64,000 nt of DNA, from assembly GCA_021166685.1 (NCBI GenBank), contig JAJPEU010000007.1:120212-184211 (forward strand). The letters run 5' to 3'. A program made the translations under genes and the position numbers. Below are positions 17,656 to 26,944 of the stretch, piece after piece (positions within the stretch are counted from its first letter, which is position 1; each line of letters starts with the position of its first letter). Origin of the DNA: Sulfurovum sp. (lineage in GTDB: Bacteria; Campylobacterota; Campylobacteria; Campylobacterales; Sulfurovaceae). The notes beneath the pieces are model-generated. The model was not told the origin of the DNA and searched no databases. It worked only from the letters and a program-made list of their open reading frames with translations.

Positions 17656-18324
17656 TTATAATAATATTTTACCCGCAACGGCACAAACCGCGCTTTCGCT
17701 TTTAAGTACCAATGGCGTATCAAAACCAACGGTTTTTTCCGAAGAAAACAAAGCAATTTCATCCTCTGTAAATCCGCCTTCGCATCCTACCACAATTGTA
17801 TCCAAAGGGATCTCTTTGTCAAATGTATTGTCTGAAAAATTCAATAAATAGCTTTGGGGGTTTTGCGTTAAAAATGTTTTTAAATCTTTAGCTGTATCTA
17901 GGGCCATTAGTGTACTTCGCCCTGACTGCTGGGAAGAATTCAACAAAATTTTTTGCAAACGGGAAAAATCGACTTGAAAACTTTTTTGGGAGCGCGCACA
18001 ATAGATAAAAGTGATCTTCTCCACTCCCATTTCATTGAGTGAAGCAATATTTTTTTCTATATTTTTCGGATCAATAATGCACCAGCCAATATGCAATGGC
18101 CGTCGAGCCTTGATTTCCAAGAGTTCACTTTCCTCCAATGCCAACTCTACACTTTTTTTATCAATTGCAGCAATACGGTAGCGATGAATCAAACCGTCTT
18201 GAAGATTTCGCACATAAAGAATATCATTATCTTTGTGTCTGCGTACCTTAAAAATATAACGGTGCTCTTCTCCCAGAAGAGTCAATTGAGGCTTACCTGC
18301 CTCCTTATGATAGAGATATAACAC
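17656..18324 (-). CDS. rsmE: 16S rRNA (uracil1498-N3)-methyltransferase
   Basis: RsmE-like pattern (HRYIFKVRR near the N-terminus, VGCEGGF..E near the C-terminus), 222 aa. Confidence 0.8.
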   Translation of the reverse strand: MLYLYHKEAGKPQLTLLGEEHRYIFKVRRHKDNDILYVRNLQDGLIHRYRIAAIDKKSVELALEESELLEIKARRPLHIGWCIIDPKNIEKNIASLNEMGVEKITFIYCARSQKSFQVDFSRLQKILLNSSQQSGRSTLMALDTAKDLKTFLTQNPQSYLLNFSDNTFDKEIPLDTIVVGCEGGFTEDEIALFSSEKTVGFDTPLVLKSESAVCAVAGKILL

Positions 18325-18733
18325 CTTTTACTTCCATTACTTTGAATATAACCATAAAGATTACCAGCAAGATTTGCACCGCAGAAATCTTTAAAAAAGC
18401 TCCTCTGAGAAGCTTGTTTGTCTGTTCATTTTGCAGATTGCCTATTTTAATCAATTTATATTTACGTATCTCTATATACATCATTGCTGCCCAGATCGCT
18501 ATCATCAAAATAATACTTAGCGTCATACCGAATCCGCCCATAACCAGAGCAACAATGCCCACAAATGCAATCATCGCAATAAGTGCCTGAAAAATCATAG
18601 TGTAAATAAAATTTGCTTTTCTAAATCCATTAGGATTTTTTATACCCACAAAAGGAATCAACAACCCCCCTACTAAAAATCCTAAAAAAACTTTAACCAG
18701 AAGAGAGTGCGTAAGTAAAATTTGTTCCAACAT
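18305..18733 (-). CDS. hypothetical integral membrane protein (about 4 TM helices)
   Basis: 142 aa and strongly hydrophobic. 20-nt overlap with rsmE. No motif I recognise. Confidence 0.5.
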   Translation of the reverse strand: MLEQILLTHSLLVKVFLGFLVGGLLIPFVGIKNPNGFRKANFIYTMIFQALIAMIAFVGIVALVMGGFGMTLSIILMIAIWAAMMYIEIRKYKLIKIGNLQNEQTNKLLRGAFLKISAVQILLVIFMVIFKVMEVKGVISLS

Positions 18734-18819
18734 ACCCCGTTGTCCTTAATTTATTAATATCTCTAATTATACTCAAATTTGTTATAATCTATCTCATTTT
18801 AAAACAAAGGTTTTTTTGT

Positions 18820-20037
18820 ATGGCTATTTCTATTACTGAAGCATTGGACATTATTTATCAGAATACCTCTGCGGTAAGCACAGAAATTCTTCCTATTGAA
18901 GCGTCATTGGGGCGTATTGTGGCAGAAGATTATATAGCAAAGTTTGATTTACCTGGATTTGACAACTCTGCCATGGATGGATATGCAGTCAAGTGTGCAG
19001 ATGCCGGCAAGACGGTTGACTGCAATGAAGTTCTCTATGCCGGGGACACTCCAAAAACAAATCTTAAGCAAGGGTGTGCTATTAAAATCATGACCGGTGC
19101 ACCGATTCCGGAAGGATGCGAAGCCATAGTTCCTATTGAAAAAATAAAAATTCGAGGCAATCAAGTAATGCTCCCTGCATCGATCGAAAACGGTGCACAT
19201 ATCAGGCATGCGGGAGAGGACATTAAAAATGGAATTCCTTACCTGCATAAAGGTGAAAAAGTAAATGCCTACAGTATTGCTCTTCTCGCCAGCCAAGGGG
19301 TTACACATATTATGGTCAGACGCAAAATCAAAGTATCAGTATTCGGTACCGGAGATGAGCTCCGCTCACATTTTGAAAAAATCGCACCTCATCAGCTCTA
19401 TAATTCAAACACTCCCATGTTTCTTGCACGTGCAGAGGAACTAGGTTGTGAGGTACGGTATATAGGCAATAGCGGAGACAGCATTGATTCTCTTAAAAAG
19501 ATGATTGCAGCAGCCATTGATTCTGATATCATTCTTACAAGCGGGGGTGTAAGTATGGGAGATAAAGATTTTACAAAAGAAGCTTTTGGTGAACTAGGGA
19601 TGAAAACCCACTTCAGTCAAGTGGAAATTAAACCAGGCAAGCCTACTTCCTATGGAAAAATAAAAGAGAGCGCCATTGTTAATTTGCCGGGGAATCCTTT
19701 GGCCTCAATGGTAAACTATGAAATTTTTGTGTGTGCGCTCATTGCGAAAATGAGCGGAGCCAATGCCCACTATCATGGCACCATAAGTACACAAATTGCA
19801 CACGATTATCAACTGCGCGGGGGAAAATATACCGCATGCCTGGGTTATTTTGACGGAACTTCTTTTGCGCCTTTATCCCAGCAGCTTCCGGGCATGGTGT
19901 CACCCATGCATAAGGCCAATGCCATGATAATTACAACTCCGAATCTCAAGTTTCTCCAAAAAGGTTCAACTGTGAAAATTATTCCGATTGGATGGAACAT
20001 GCACAGATGCCAAAAAGAAGATTTTTTTACAAAGTGA
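18820..20037 (+). CDS. moeA: molybdopterin molybdotransferase
   Basis: PGFDNSAMDGYA and SGGVSMGDKDF motifs, 405 aa. Confidence 0.9.
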   Translation: MAISITEALDIIYQNTSAVSTEILPIEASLGRIVAEDYIAKFDLPGFDNSAMDGYAVKCADAGKTVDCNEVLYAGDTPKTNLKQGCAIKIMTGAPIPEGCEAIVPIEKIKIRGNQVMLPASIENGAHIRHAGEDIKNGIPYLHKGEKVNAYSIALLASQGVTHIMVRRKIKVSVFGTGDELRSHFEKIAPHQLYNSNTPMFLARAEELGCEVRYIGNSGDSIDSLKKMIAAAIDSDIILTSGGVSMGDKDFTKEAFGELGMKTHFSQVEIKPGKPTSYGKIKESAIVNLPGNPLASMVNYEIFVCALIAKMSGANAHYHGTISTQIAHDYQLRGGKYTACLGYFDGTSFAPLSQQLPGMVSPMHKANAMIITTPNLKFLQKGSTVKIIPIGWNMHRCQKEDFFTK

Positions 20038-20053
20038 GAAGAATTTAAAAATC

Positions 20054-20069
20054 TCCCGCAGATGCGGGA
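20054..20069. terminator. bidirectional hairpin between convergent moeA and the cytochrome c gene
   Basis: TCCCGCA-GA-TGCGGGA. It is followed by an A-run on the plus strand, which reads as GATTTTTAAATTC after the hairpin on the minus strand. Confidence 0.6.
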
Positions 20070-20082
20070 AAAAATATAAAAC

Positions 20083-20673
20083 TTATTTTATATTCGAAAT
20101 ATATACCGCAATAGCCTTAATGTCCTCATCGCTTACTGCATCCATTTGACTTTTCATAAGTGCACCCATGCCGGATATATTTCTTGTGCCTGCTTTGTAT
20201 TCATTCATTGCTGCTATAAGATTGGCTTCTGATTGCCCTGCAATAATTTCGGATTTACCAAGTGCTTTTGTTTTACCGTCCTGTCCGTGGCATCCTGTAC
20301 ATTTTGCATAAGCTGCCGGTGCTTCTATTGTTTTATTTGCTTCTGAGACCTCTTGTATTGTCTCAGAAGTTGTCATATTTTCTTCAGTCATTGCAACCTC
20401 CGGTGTAGCTGCTTGTACTATCTTTGCTGTTGCTTCTTTTGTTTTTTCTGCTGCTTCTGCTGCTTCTGTTTTAACCGCATCTACTGCCTCTTTTGTTGCC
20501 TCAACTGTTTTGGATGCCGCCTCTTGTGCAGCGAGTTTAGTTTCTTCAGCTGCCTTTGATACTGTTTCTTGTACTGCTGCGGTTGCTTCTGCTGCTTCTT
20601 TTTTTGTCTCTTCTCCGCATGCCGTAAAAAGCACTGTTGCTGCTATCAATAAAAACAGTGTTATTTTTTTCAT
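20083..20673 (-). CDS. lipoprotein-anchored monohaem class I cytochrome c (c553-like) with a low-complexity linker
   Basis: Lipobox LFTAC. About 95 aa of Ala/Glu/Thr/Lys-rich linker, then a single CTGCHG haem site with a downstream Met (GMGALM). Confidence 0.75.
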   Translation of the reverse strand: MKKITLFLLIAATVLFTACGEETKKEAAEATAAVQETVSKAAEETKLAAQEAASKTVEATKEAVDAVKTEAAEAAEKTKEATAKIVQAATPEVAMTEENMTTSETIQEVSEANKTIEAPAAYAKCTGCHGQDGKTKALGKSEIIAGQSEANLIAAMNEYKAGTRNISGMGALMKSQMDAVSDEDIKAIAVYISNIK

Positions 20674-20707
20674 TTATTTTCCTTTTTAATTTAATTTTAT
20701 AATTATA

Positions 20708-21289
20708 CTAAACTTTTTTTGGATTCTGGATTAAGGTGCATTGCAATAGCTTATCCCAAAGTGTTTTATCGCTCCATTCGCTTTGTACCTGTTGCGAAAA
20801 AATAATCTCTTCTAAGTGTATTGTACCCATAATCTCACTATGCGCATCTTCTCTAAAACCCTGCGCATAGCCTGTTTCCGTTTCGTGCACAATGATACTG
20901 TGAAGCTTTACATCTCTTTCTCCGTTCACCATGCCCGTACACGCCAATATCCGCTCCACTATTAAATAAATTACACGTGAAAATTGTTCAGCAGAAGGAG
21001 AAACAGGAAGTTCTATCCAGCGACTGCTATGTGTCTTCATGGCTTCCGTATAGGCTTTATTATCTTTAGACCAAAGAGTAATCGCATGATCAAAAGAATC
21101 AATTAATTCTTTAATATACTGCTTGGTTAAGCCAAAATCATATACCATCTGTCCATTGTCAAGATAATTTGATTCGAGCAATACTTCTATTTTGTAGGAA
21201 TGTCCATGGATATTTTCACTGCATCTTCTTGTGGTACAATTGCGAACAATGTGTGCATTTTCAAATTTAAAGAGTTTCCGTATCAACAT
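20708..21289 (-). CDS. queD: 6-carboxytetrahydropterin synthase (PTPS family)
   Basis: FKFENAHIV...HGHSY motif. I chose the ATG at 21289, which has AAGGA upstream. The track start at 21337 has no SD. Confidence 0.75.
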   Translation of the reverse strand: MLIRKLFKFENAHIVRNCTTRRCSENIHGHSYKIEVLLESNYLDNGQMVYDFGLTKQYIKELIDSFDHAITLWSKDNKAYTEAMKTHSSRWIELPVSPSAEQFSRVIYLIVERILACTGMVNGERDVKLHSIIVHETETGYAQGFREDAHSEIMGTIHLEEIIFSQQVQSEWSDKTLWDKLLQCTLIQNPKKV

Positions 21290-21372
21290 ATTTCTATCCT
21301 TAATCGGAGTAAGTTTGGCTGATTTTAACACATCCACCTAAAAATAAGATGAAACAAACCGGTTAATATCCT

Positions 21373-22131
21373 TTATACCCCTTGTGTCGTATCAAAAACA
21401 CGTATATGCAATCTATCGCTATATCTAAAATTTTGCGCCATACAAAAGTAAAAAACAAATTTGTCATTTTTCACAATCGACTCCCTGCTTTCACCTACAG
21501 GCATACAATAGATATCTGACTTTGGCAATATCTCTCTAATAGCATTAATTTCAGCGAGTGCCGTTGTTTCTATCAATCGTGCATCAATAGTAAATTTTAA
21601 GAACGATTCTTTAGCGTAAGAAACAATACTCCTTAAAGCCCTGGAATTAATACGCTTTTCTCTGCTCTCACCGCTATTTGTCAACTTAATAGAAAGTGCA
21701 AAAACACAGTTTTTATATGCAGGATAGTTTTTAAAATCTATTTCTATGGTGCCATTGGTCTCAAAGGTTACAAGAATCTTTTGTGACACTAGCCACTCTA
21801 TCACCTCATAAAAAACCTTATCTTTATAATACAACAGAGGCTCACCTCCTGTGATAACCACATGAGGACGATAACCAATAATTTGAAATTCATCTTTAAG
21901 TTTTGCTATCAGCTCACTGCTCTGCTCTATCTTTTGCCATATTTTTGCAAAGCTGGCATCCACCGCAAAATAAGTATCACATCCATATCGCAACTCACCA
22001 TTCATTTCATAACAAGTGCCAAATCCTGGACAATTAAGATTGCACCCTCCCGTTCTTAAAAAATACGAGGGGACACCTGCGTACTTACCTTCGCCCTGTA
22101 TAGAAAAAAATTGTTCGGTCAAATAAAACAA
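21373..22131 (-). CDS. queE: 7-carboxy-7-deazaguanine synthase (radical SAM)
   Basis: FFSIQGEGKYAGVPSYFLRTGGCNLNC is typical of QueE. The gene lies next to queD. Confidence 0.85.
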   Translation of the reverse strand: MFYLTEQFFSIQGEGKYAGVPSYFLRTGGCNLNCPGFGTCYEMNGELRYGCDTYFAVDASFAKIWQKIEQSSELIAKLKDEFQIIGYRPHVVITGGEPLLYYKDKVFYEVIEWLVSQKILVTFETNGTIEIDFKNYPAYKNCVFALSIKLTNSGESREKRINSRALRSIVSYAKESFLKFTIDARLIETTALAEINAIREILPKSDIYCMPVGESRESIVKNDKFVFYFCMAQNFRYSDRLHIRVFDTTQGV

Positions 22132-22163
22132 AAATATCCTTTATTATTAATTTTGACGAACAA

Positions 22164-23141
22164 TCAACCCCCTGTTTCATAAAACGCGCGAGCAGAAGTT
22201 TCCTGTGCTTTTCCGCTCTCTTCTTCATTCCATCTGTTTTCTTTTGGTTTATCTTTGAGAACTTGTGCAAGTACTCCGGCGGCTTTTTCTATATCTCCTT
22301 CTTTGATCGCTTCGGCGATACTCATGGCTTCATCAAAATAAAGACACGGTATGAGATTTCCTTCAGCCGTAAGACGAATACGGTTGCAATTTTCACAAAA
22401 ATCATGCTTATGAGGATCGATCAATCCAAATTCTGTGCCATCTTCCAAAAGATAATTAAACGATGGGCTAGCCCCTTCTCTTCCTAGAGCTTTGATTGTA
22501 TGCCCTTGTTTAACTTTTGCCAAAATTTCTTTGCCATGCATGCCTCTCAGCGCTTGGGATGCATGGCGATTTTCCATATATTCAATGAATCGGACTTTAA
22601 TGTTACGTACTTTACAATACTCCAAAATATCTAAAATTTCATCATCGTTAATACCTTTAAGCGGCACCATATTGATTTTAACCTTAAGTCCCACTTCTAA
22701 AGCTTTTTCTATCCCTTTGAGTACACGATCCAGTACATCTCTGCCTGCAATTTTAGCAGCCGTCTCTGCCTTAAGGGAATCCAAAGAGATATTGACCCTT
22801 TTAAGCCCTGCATCTTTAAGGCGTTGCGCTGTTTCAGGAAGCAAATAGCCATTTGTCGTCAGCGCCAAATCAATATCAGGCTTGTAATCGCTTATCATTT
22901 TGATAAAGGTATCCAGATCTTCTCTAAGCAAAGGCTCGCCTCCGGTCAAACGGATTTTTGTAACCCCTTCATCTATAGCTACCTTTACAAATAAAAAAAG
23001 TTCTTCAAAGCTAAGTAAATTTTCTTTAGGCACCCAGGAAAAAGGTTTTTCGGGCATACAATACTGACATCGAAAATTGCATCTTTCTGTTACTGAAATT
23101 CTCAGATAATTTACTGTTCTACCATATCCATCAATAAGCAT
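22164..23141 (-). CDS. moaA: GTP 3',8-cyclase (molybdenum cofactor biosynthesis protein A)
   Basis: [17 protein letters not shown] radical SAM motif and a C-terminal CxxCxR cluster (CENCNRIR). The ATG at 23141 has AGGA upstream. Confidence 0.9.
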   Translation of the reverse strand: MLIDGYGRTVNYLRISVTERCNFRCQYCMPEKPFSWVPKENLLSFEELFLFVKVAIDEGVTKIRLTGGEPLLREDLDTFIKMISDYKPDIDLALTTNGYLLPETAQRLKDAGLKRVNISLDSLKAETAAKIAGRDVLDRVLKGIEKALEVGLKVKINMVPLKGINDDEILDILEYCKVRNIKVRFIEYMENRHASQALRGMHGKEILAKVKQGHTIKALGREGASPSFNYLLEDGTEFGLIDPHKHDFCENCNRIRLTAEGNLIPCLYFDEAMSIAEAIKEGDIEKAAGVLAQVLKDKPKENRWNEEESGKAQETSARAFYETGG

Positions 23142-23237
23142 TTCAATCCTATATTTTATAATTTTGCTTAGAGTATCAAAATGTAGATAAAAATAAGTTA
23201 ATGCAGATTGAAAATAAGAATAAAAAAATGACGGGGG

Positions 23238-23266
23238 CAACAGTACGGAGAAACTCCGTACTGTTG
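23238..23266 (-). terminator. strong hairpin after the pet operon
   Basis: Perfect 13-bp stem CAACAGTACGGAG-AAA-CTCCGTACTGTTG, starting 14 nt after the petC stop. On the minus strand it is followed by CCCCCGTCATTTTTTTA. Confidence 0.7.
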
Positions 23267-23279
23267 TAAGAAAATATTC

Positions 23280-24275
23280 TTAGTGAAGATCTTTCCACTG
23301 AGATTTTTTCCAAAGGTAAGCTAATACCGTAAACACTACAAAGAAAAGTAATACCCATGGTCCGATCGCTTCTCTGGCAGGCTTGCTAGGATCTCCGACT
23401 TCTTCAAGATACGCTTTTACTTTTTCATATCCTTCATGCGACAATCCAACCCTAGGCATTGAAGTACCTGGAAGCTGTGCTTGAGGATTTTCTACAAACG
23501 TTTCCATAAAATGCTCTGATCTCGCTCTAATCATAATAGAGAGATCCGGTGGCAATTTACCCATATAGGCTTTTACCATTTCTTGCTCTTCAATTACTTT
23601 GATCTTATGTGCCAATGCATCTTTTTCATACTTAAACGTTGGAGTGTCACCAAGTTGCGTTGTCTTAGCGTATCTCATAGCATGACATCTGGCACACGCT
23701 TCATCAAATGCTTGTTTGCTAGTTACCTCACCAGCCATTTTTTCTTGCATATAAGCAACAATGTCTGCAATTTGTTGATCGTCGGTAACCATCGTTTTGA
23801 TTGATCCCATCGGATGCGTCATTGTGTCTTCGTATTTATGGTCAACATTGGATGCCATTGCTGGATCTTTAATAAGGGCGATCAAATAGTTTTTATCATA
23901 CAAAACACCCGCATGGTCAAGATTTGGCGGGATAACGCCTCCCATATTAACACCTGAACCATTATGGCATCCCAAACAAGTAGCAAATGCTGCTTCCCCA
24001 TTGGCAGCATTACCTTGAAGCTGTGCAATTTTTTCTACATCAGCCCAAAATGATTTTTTTGCTTCTACTTTTGCTTGCGCTTCAGCTTCTTTGCTGCCAC
24101 TCTCTTTAGCTTTAACTACTCCTGCTTCCGCTTCTTTTATATCCGCTTCTCCATTATAGGTAAATCCATGACCTTCCACGTGTTTATGCATTTGTGAGTG
24201 TGCAAAAGGCTCAACTCCCCAATAAGTAACAAGCGTAAAGAATACAACTACTGCTAATATTTTTAGTTCTCTCAT
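23280..24275 (-). CDS. petC: cytochrome bc1 complex dihaem cytochrome c subunit
   Basis: Two haem sites (CLGCH, CARCH), an N-terminal signal/TM and a C-terminal TM anchor. The ATG at 24275 has GGGAGA upstream. Confidence 0.8.
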   Translation of the reverse strand: MRELKILAVVVFFTLVTYWGVEPFAHSQMHKHVEGHGFTYNGEADIKEAEAGVVKAKESGSKEAEAQAKVEAKKSFWADVEKIAQLQGNAANGEAAFATCLGCHNGSGVNMGGVIPPNLDHAGVLYDKNYLIALIKDPAMASNVDHKYEDTMTHPMGSIKTMVTDDQQIADIVAYMQEKMAGEVTSKQAFDEACARCHAMRYAKTTQLGDTPTFKYEKDALAHKIKVIEEQEMVKAYMGKLPPDLSIMIRARSEHFMETFVENPQAQLPGTSMPRVGLSHEGYEKVKAYLEEVGDPSKPAREAIGPWVLLFFVVFTVLAYLWKKSQWKDLH

Positions 24276-24288
24276 TCTTTTTGTCTCC

Positions 24289-25503
24289 CTACAGCTTTTT
24301 TTCAAATTTTGTAATCACAATCAATGCAGGTCCCAACAAAAGGAATATTACTGCTGCAACTGTTCCCAATGTATTAAAGATACCTTCTGGCGGTAATTTT
24401 CCCAATACCGTCAATACGATCATGTCAACAATAAGGACCCAGAACCATACAAAGAAAAGACCTCTTTTGTGTGCCGGTGCCACATTCGGACTTCTGTCGA
24501 TGAACGGAAGGAAGAAAAGTGCTGCTTGGGCAATACCAAATGCAATCAAACCTGGATCTTTCGGGAATGGTCTTAGTATTTCATATGACCACAAGAAATA
24601 CCACTCTGGATAGATATGTGCCGGTGTCATAAGACCGTCTGCAGGATCAAAATTCACCGGATCCATTGCAAAATTAAAATGATAAAACACCAAATAAAAG
24701 AATAAAATAAAATAAACACCCATTACAAAAACATCTTTACTTAAAAAAACCGGATTGAAAGGAATAACTTTTGATTCTTTTTTCTTGCCTGCTTTATAGA
24801 GTTCTGCAGCCTCTTCAAAATCAATCTCAGCACCCTCTTGATTATTCACGTGAGGAATACGAAGTGAACCAAAGTGCAGAACAATAAGTCCGATAATCAC
24901 CAAAGGAATCAACAATACGTGCAACATAAAGAATCTTGTCAAGAATGCATCACCAGGAACATAGTCTCCTCTAATCCATTCAACAAGCCCATACGCTTCA
25001 AGTGATCCGCCGGAGAATAGATTGGTAATAACCATACCGGCCCAATAACTCATCTGGCCCCAAGGCAGCATATAACCAGAAAATGCTTCCGCTGAGAATG
25101 CTACAAAAAGCAACATACCAGATAACCAAATAAGCTCTCTTCCTTTTTTATACGAACCATAATAAATACCTGTAAACATGTGAATATAGATAATAAGAAA
25201 TACTACCGAGGCACCCACACCGTGAATATGTCTCCATAACCAACCGTATCCTACTTCGCTCATGATAACGTAGTTTACGCTATCAAATGCCAAATTCGCA
25301 TCCGGCTTATAGTACATTAACAAGAAAATACCACTAATCAGAAGCACCCCAAAGGTTGCTGCCAAAACCATACCCATTGCCCACAAGAAGTTAATATCTT
25401 TAGGAATCCAATACTCAGTTGAGAGTACTCTTTTTAGTGTCTCTACTGCTAGACGCTGGTCTAGCCATTCATTAACACTGTTTGCTTTTTCAAATTTTGC
25501 CAT
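24289..25503 (-). CDS. petB: cytochrome b of the bc1 complex
   Basis: Polytopic membrane protein with conserved His pairs (WRHIHGVGAS, FMLHVLLIP) and PEWYFL. Confidence 0.92.
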   Translation of the reverse strand: MAKFEKANSVNEWLDQRLAVETLKRVLSTEYWIPKDINFLWAMGMVLAATFGVLLISGIFLLMYYKPDANLAFDSVNYVIMSEVGYGWLWRHIHGVGASVVFLIIYIHMFTGIYYGSYKKGRELIWLSGMLLFVAFSAEAFSGYMLPWGQMSYWAGMVITNLFSGGSLEAYGLVEWIRGDYVPGDAFLTRFFMLHVLLIPLVIIGLIVLHFGSLRIPHVNNQEGAEIDFEEAAELYKAGKKKESKVIPFNPVFLSKDVFVMGVYFILFFYLVFYHFNFAMDPVNFDPADGLMTPAHIYPEWYFLWSYEILRPFPKDPGLIAFGIAQAALFFLPFIDRSPNVAPAHKRGLFFVWFWVLIVDMIVLTVLGKLPPEGIFNTLGTVAAVIFLLLGPALIVITKFEKKL

Positions 25504-25519
25504 AGTTTACTCTCCCTCC

Positions 25520-26032
25520 CTATACCGTTAGACCAGCATCTAACATTTTTTGAAACTCAGGTCCTGCTTCACCAAGTACCAACTTTGTTCCCTCTATTTT
25601 AAACGGTGGAATCTCCAGTGGGCTAGGCGGGGGACCAAATATTTGATGTCCGCTTGTGTCAAACTCACCGCCATGACAAGCACAAAGGAATTTACGTTTA
25701 TCCGGCAAATAGGCTGGGATACATCCTAGGTGTGTACATAACCCGATAGATACATGAAATCTATCTGAACCTATCACTATGTCTCTATCATCTGGTTTCA
25801 TATCTTTTGTTTTTTTCAATACAAAGATAGGCTTTCCTCTCCATTTTTCTATATTTAGCACATTTTCCTGTGCCGCACTTAGATCAATTGTTGTAAAGCC
25901 TGCTGCTTTTACGCTTGGCAACGGATCCCAGCTGCGTTTCATTGCATATAGTGCACCAAGTCCACCAAGTGCAGTAAAACCACCAAGAGCCATTCCCATA
26001 AAGTCTCTACGACCTTGTACGTCTTTTCCCAT
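25520..26032 (-). CDS. petA: ubiquinol-cytochrome c reductase Rieske iron-sulfur subunit
   Basis: Tat motif GRRDFMG and Rieske boxes CTHLGC and CACHGG. The ATG at 26032 has AAGGAAG upstream. Confidence 0.9.
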   Translation of the reverse strand: MGKDVQGRRDFMGMALGGFTALGGLGALYAMKRSWDPLPSVKAAGFTTIDLSAAQENVLNIEKWRGKPIFVLKKTKDMKPDDRDIVIGSDRFHVSIGLCTHLGCIPAYLPDKRKFLCACHGGEFDTSGHQIFGPPPSPLEIPPFKIEGTKLVLGEAGPEFQKMLDAGLTV

Positions 26033-26080
26033 ACTTCTTCCTTTATAAAATTTGGATTGCATATTATAAAGCGTTTATTA

Positions 26081-26944
26081 TTAAAAAGTTATCTTATTTA
26101 TTATGTTTCTTGCAATTATAGAAACATTTTTTGTCAGATAGTGTGTTTTTGGATCAACCCTCTCAAATTTTTCATATAATTTAGTATCCAGATTATCAAT
26201 TACGTTGATGTTATTCAGAGTTAAATAGTCTGAAATATTTTTATCTTTTTCATCTAATTTGAGATAAATTACCTCTGCGCCACTTGCTTTAGCCTCCAAT
26301 GCTGTTTGGAAAGAAGCCGTAACCACACGACTGGATGTGCGTATAAGATTTGTGTACTCTTCGGGCTCATACAGCTTAGAAAAAATTTTCGCCAAATCGT
26401 CTTCATATTTGACAAAAAAATAGTGCCCCAACAACAATTCCATGGGATTTGCTTCAAAAAAATGCTTATGAGACAAAATAATCTTGTCGTAATCTGCATC
26501 GCCTAAAAAGAAAAGCGTTCTCTCTTTTTTTGGGCAAGATTCAAAATAAATATCATCAATAATCACTGATGAGATACTCGATTCATCGTCACAGGATAGC
26601 TTCAATACTGTTTCAGTATAGCGTGGTCTGTCTTCCGAATTTTGCTCAAAACGAAACACTGTCTTATACTCAATGCAATATTTTTGAAGCCTTCCTCTGT
26701 CGTCTTCTGGTGAATCTATAATTAAACTGTCACTTATTTGCGCAACCAAATCAATATCCTGAATTGTCTCAATTGTCACCGAATCTCTAATACCAAATTC
26801 TTTTGCGGCCAATCCTGCACGAAAATCATTGACAAGCAATCTTGCTTCAACTCCTTGGGTTTGCAATTCTTTAAGTAGTGCTGCACCCCTCTTTATGCTA
26901 TCAAGTCCTATTTTATGTCCCGAATGAGCATAATAGTACAGCAT
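26081..26944 (-). CDS. hypothetical protein with weak resemblance to PseG/MurG-type (GT-B fold) enzymes
   Basis: The N-terminal AHSGHKIGLDSIKRGAALLKEL resembles the GxGHxxR..L motif of PseG-like proteins. The start overlaps the mnmG stop by 1 nt. Confidence 0.35.
   Translation of the reverse strand: MLYYYAHSGHKIGLDSIKRGAALLKELQTQGVEARLLVNDFRAGLAAKEFGIRDSVTIETIQDIDLVAQISDSLIIDSPEDDRGRLQKYCIEYKTVFRFEQNSEDRPRYTETVLKLSCDDESSISSVIIDDIYFESCPKKERTLFFLGDADYDKIILSHKHFFEANPMELLLGHYFFVKYEDDLAKIFSKLYEPEEYTNLIRTSSRVVTASFQTALEAKASGAEVIYLKLDEKDKNISDYLTLNNINVIDNLDTKLYEKFERVDPKTHYLTKNVSIIARNIINKITF

Noticed and set aside
20353-20600. Short tandem-like GCTGCTTCTGC repeats and a Cys-rich 68-aa plus-strand ORF; considered as a possible repeat array
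   Set aside because: The repeats are irregular and sit inside the coding low-complexity linker of the cytochrome c lipoprotein. There is no repeat-spacer periodicity, and the plus-strand ORF is the antisense artefact of that linker.
23142-23237. Moco riboswitch upstream of moaA, and preQ1 riboswitch upstream of queE (22132-22163)
   Set aside because: The moaA upstream region after the pet terminator is about 95 nt of AT-rich sequence without the conserved Moco motif stems. The queE upstream gap is only 32 nt.
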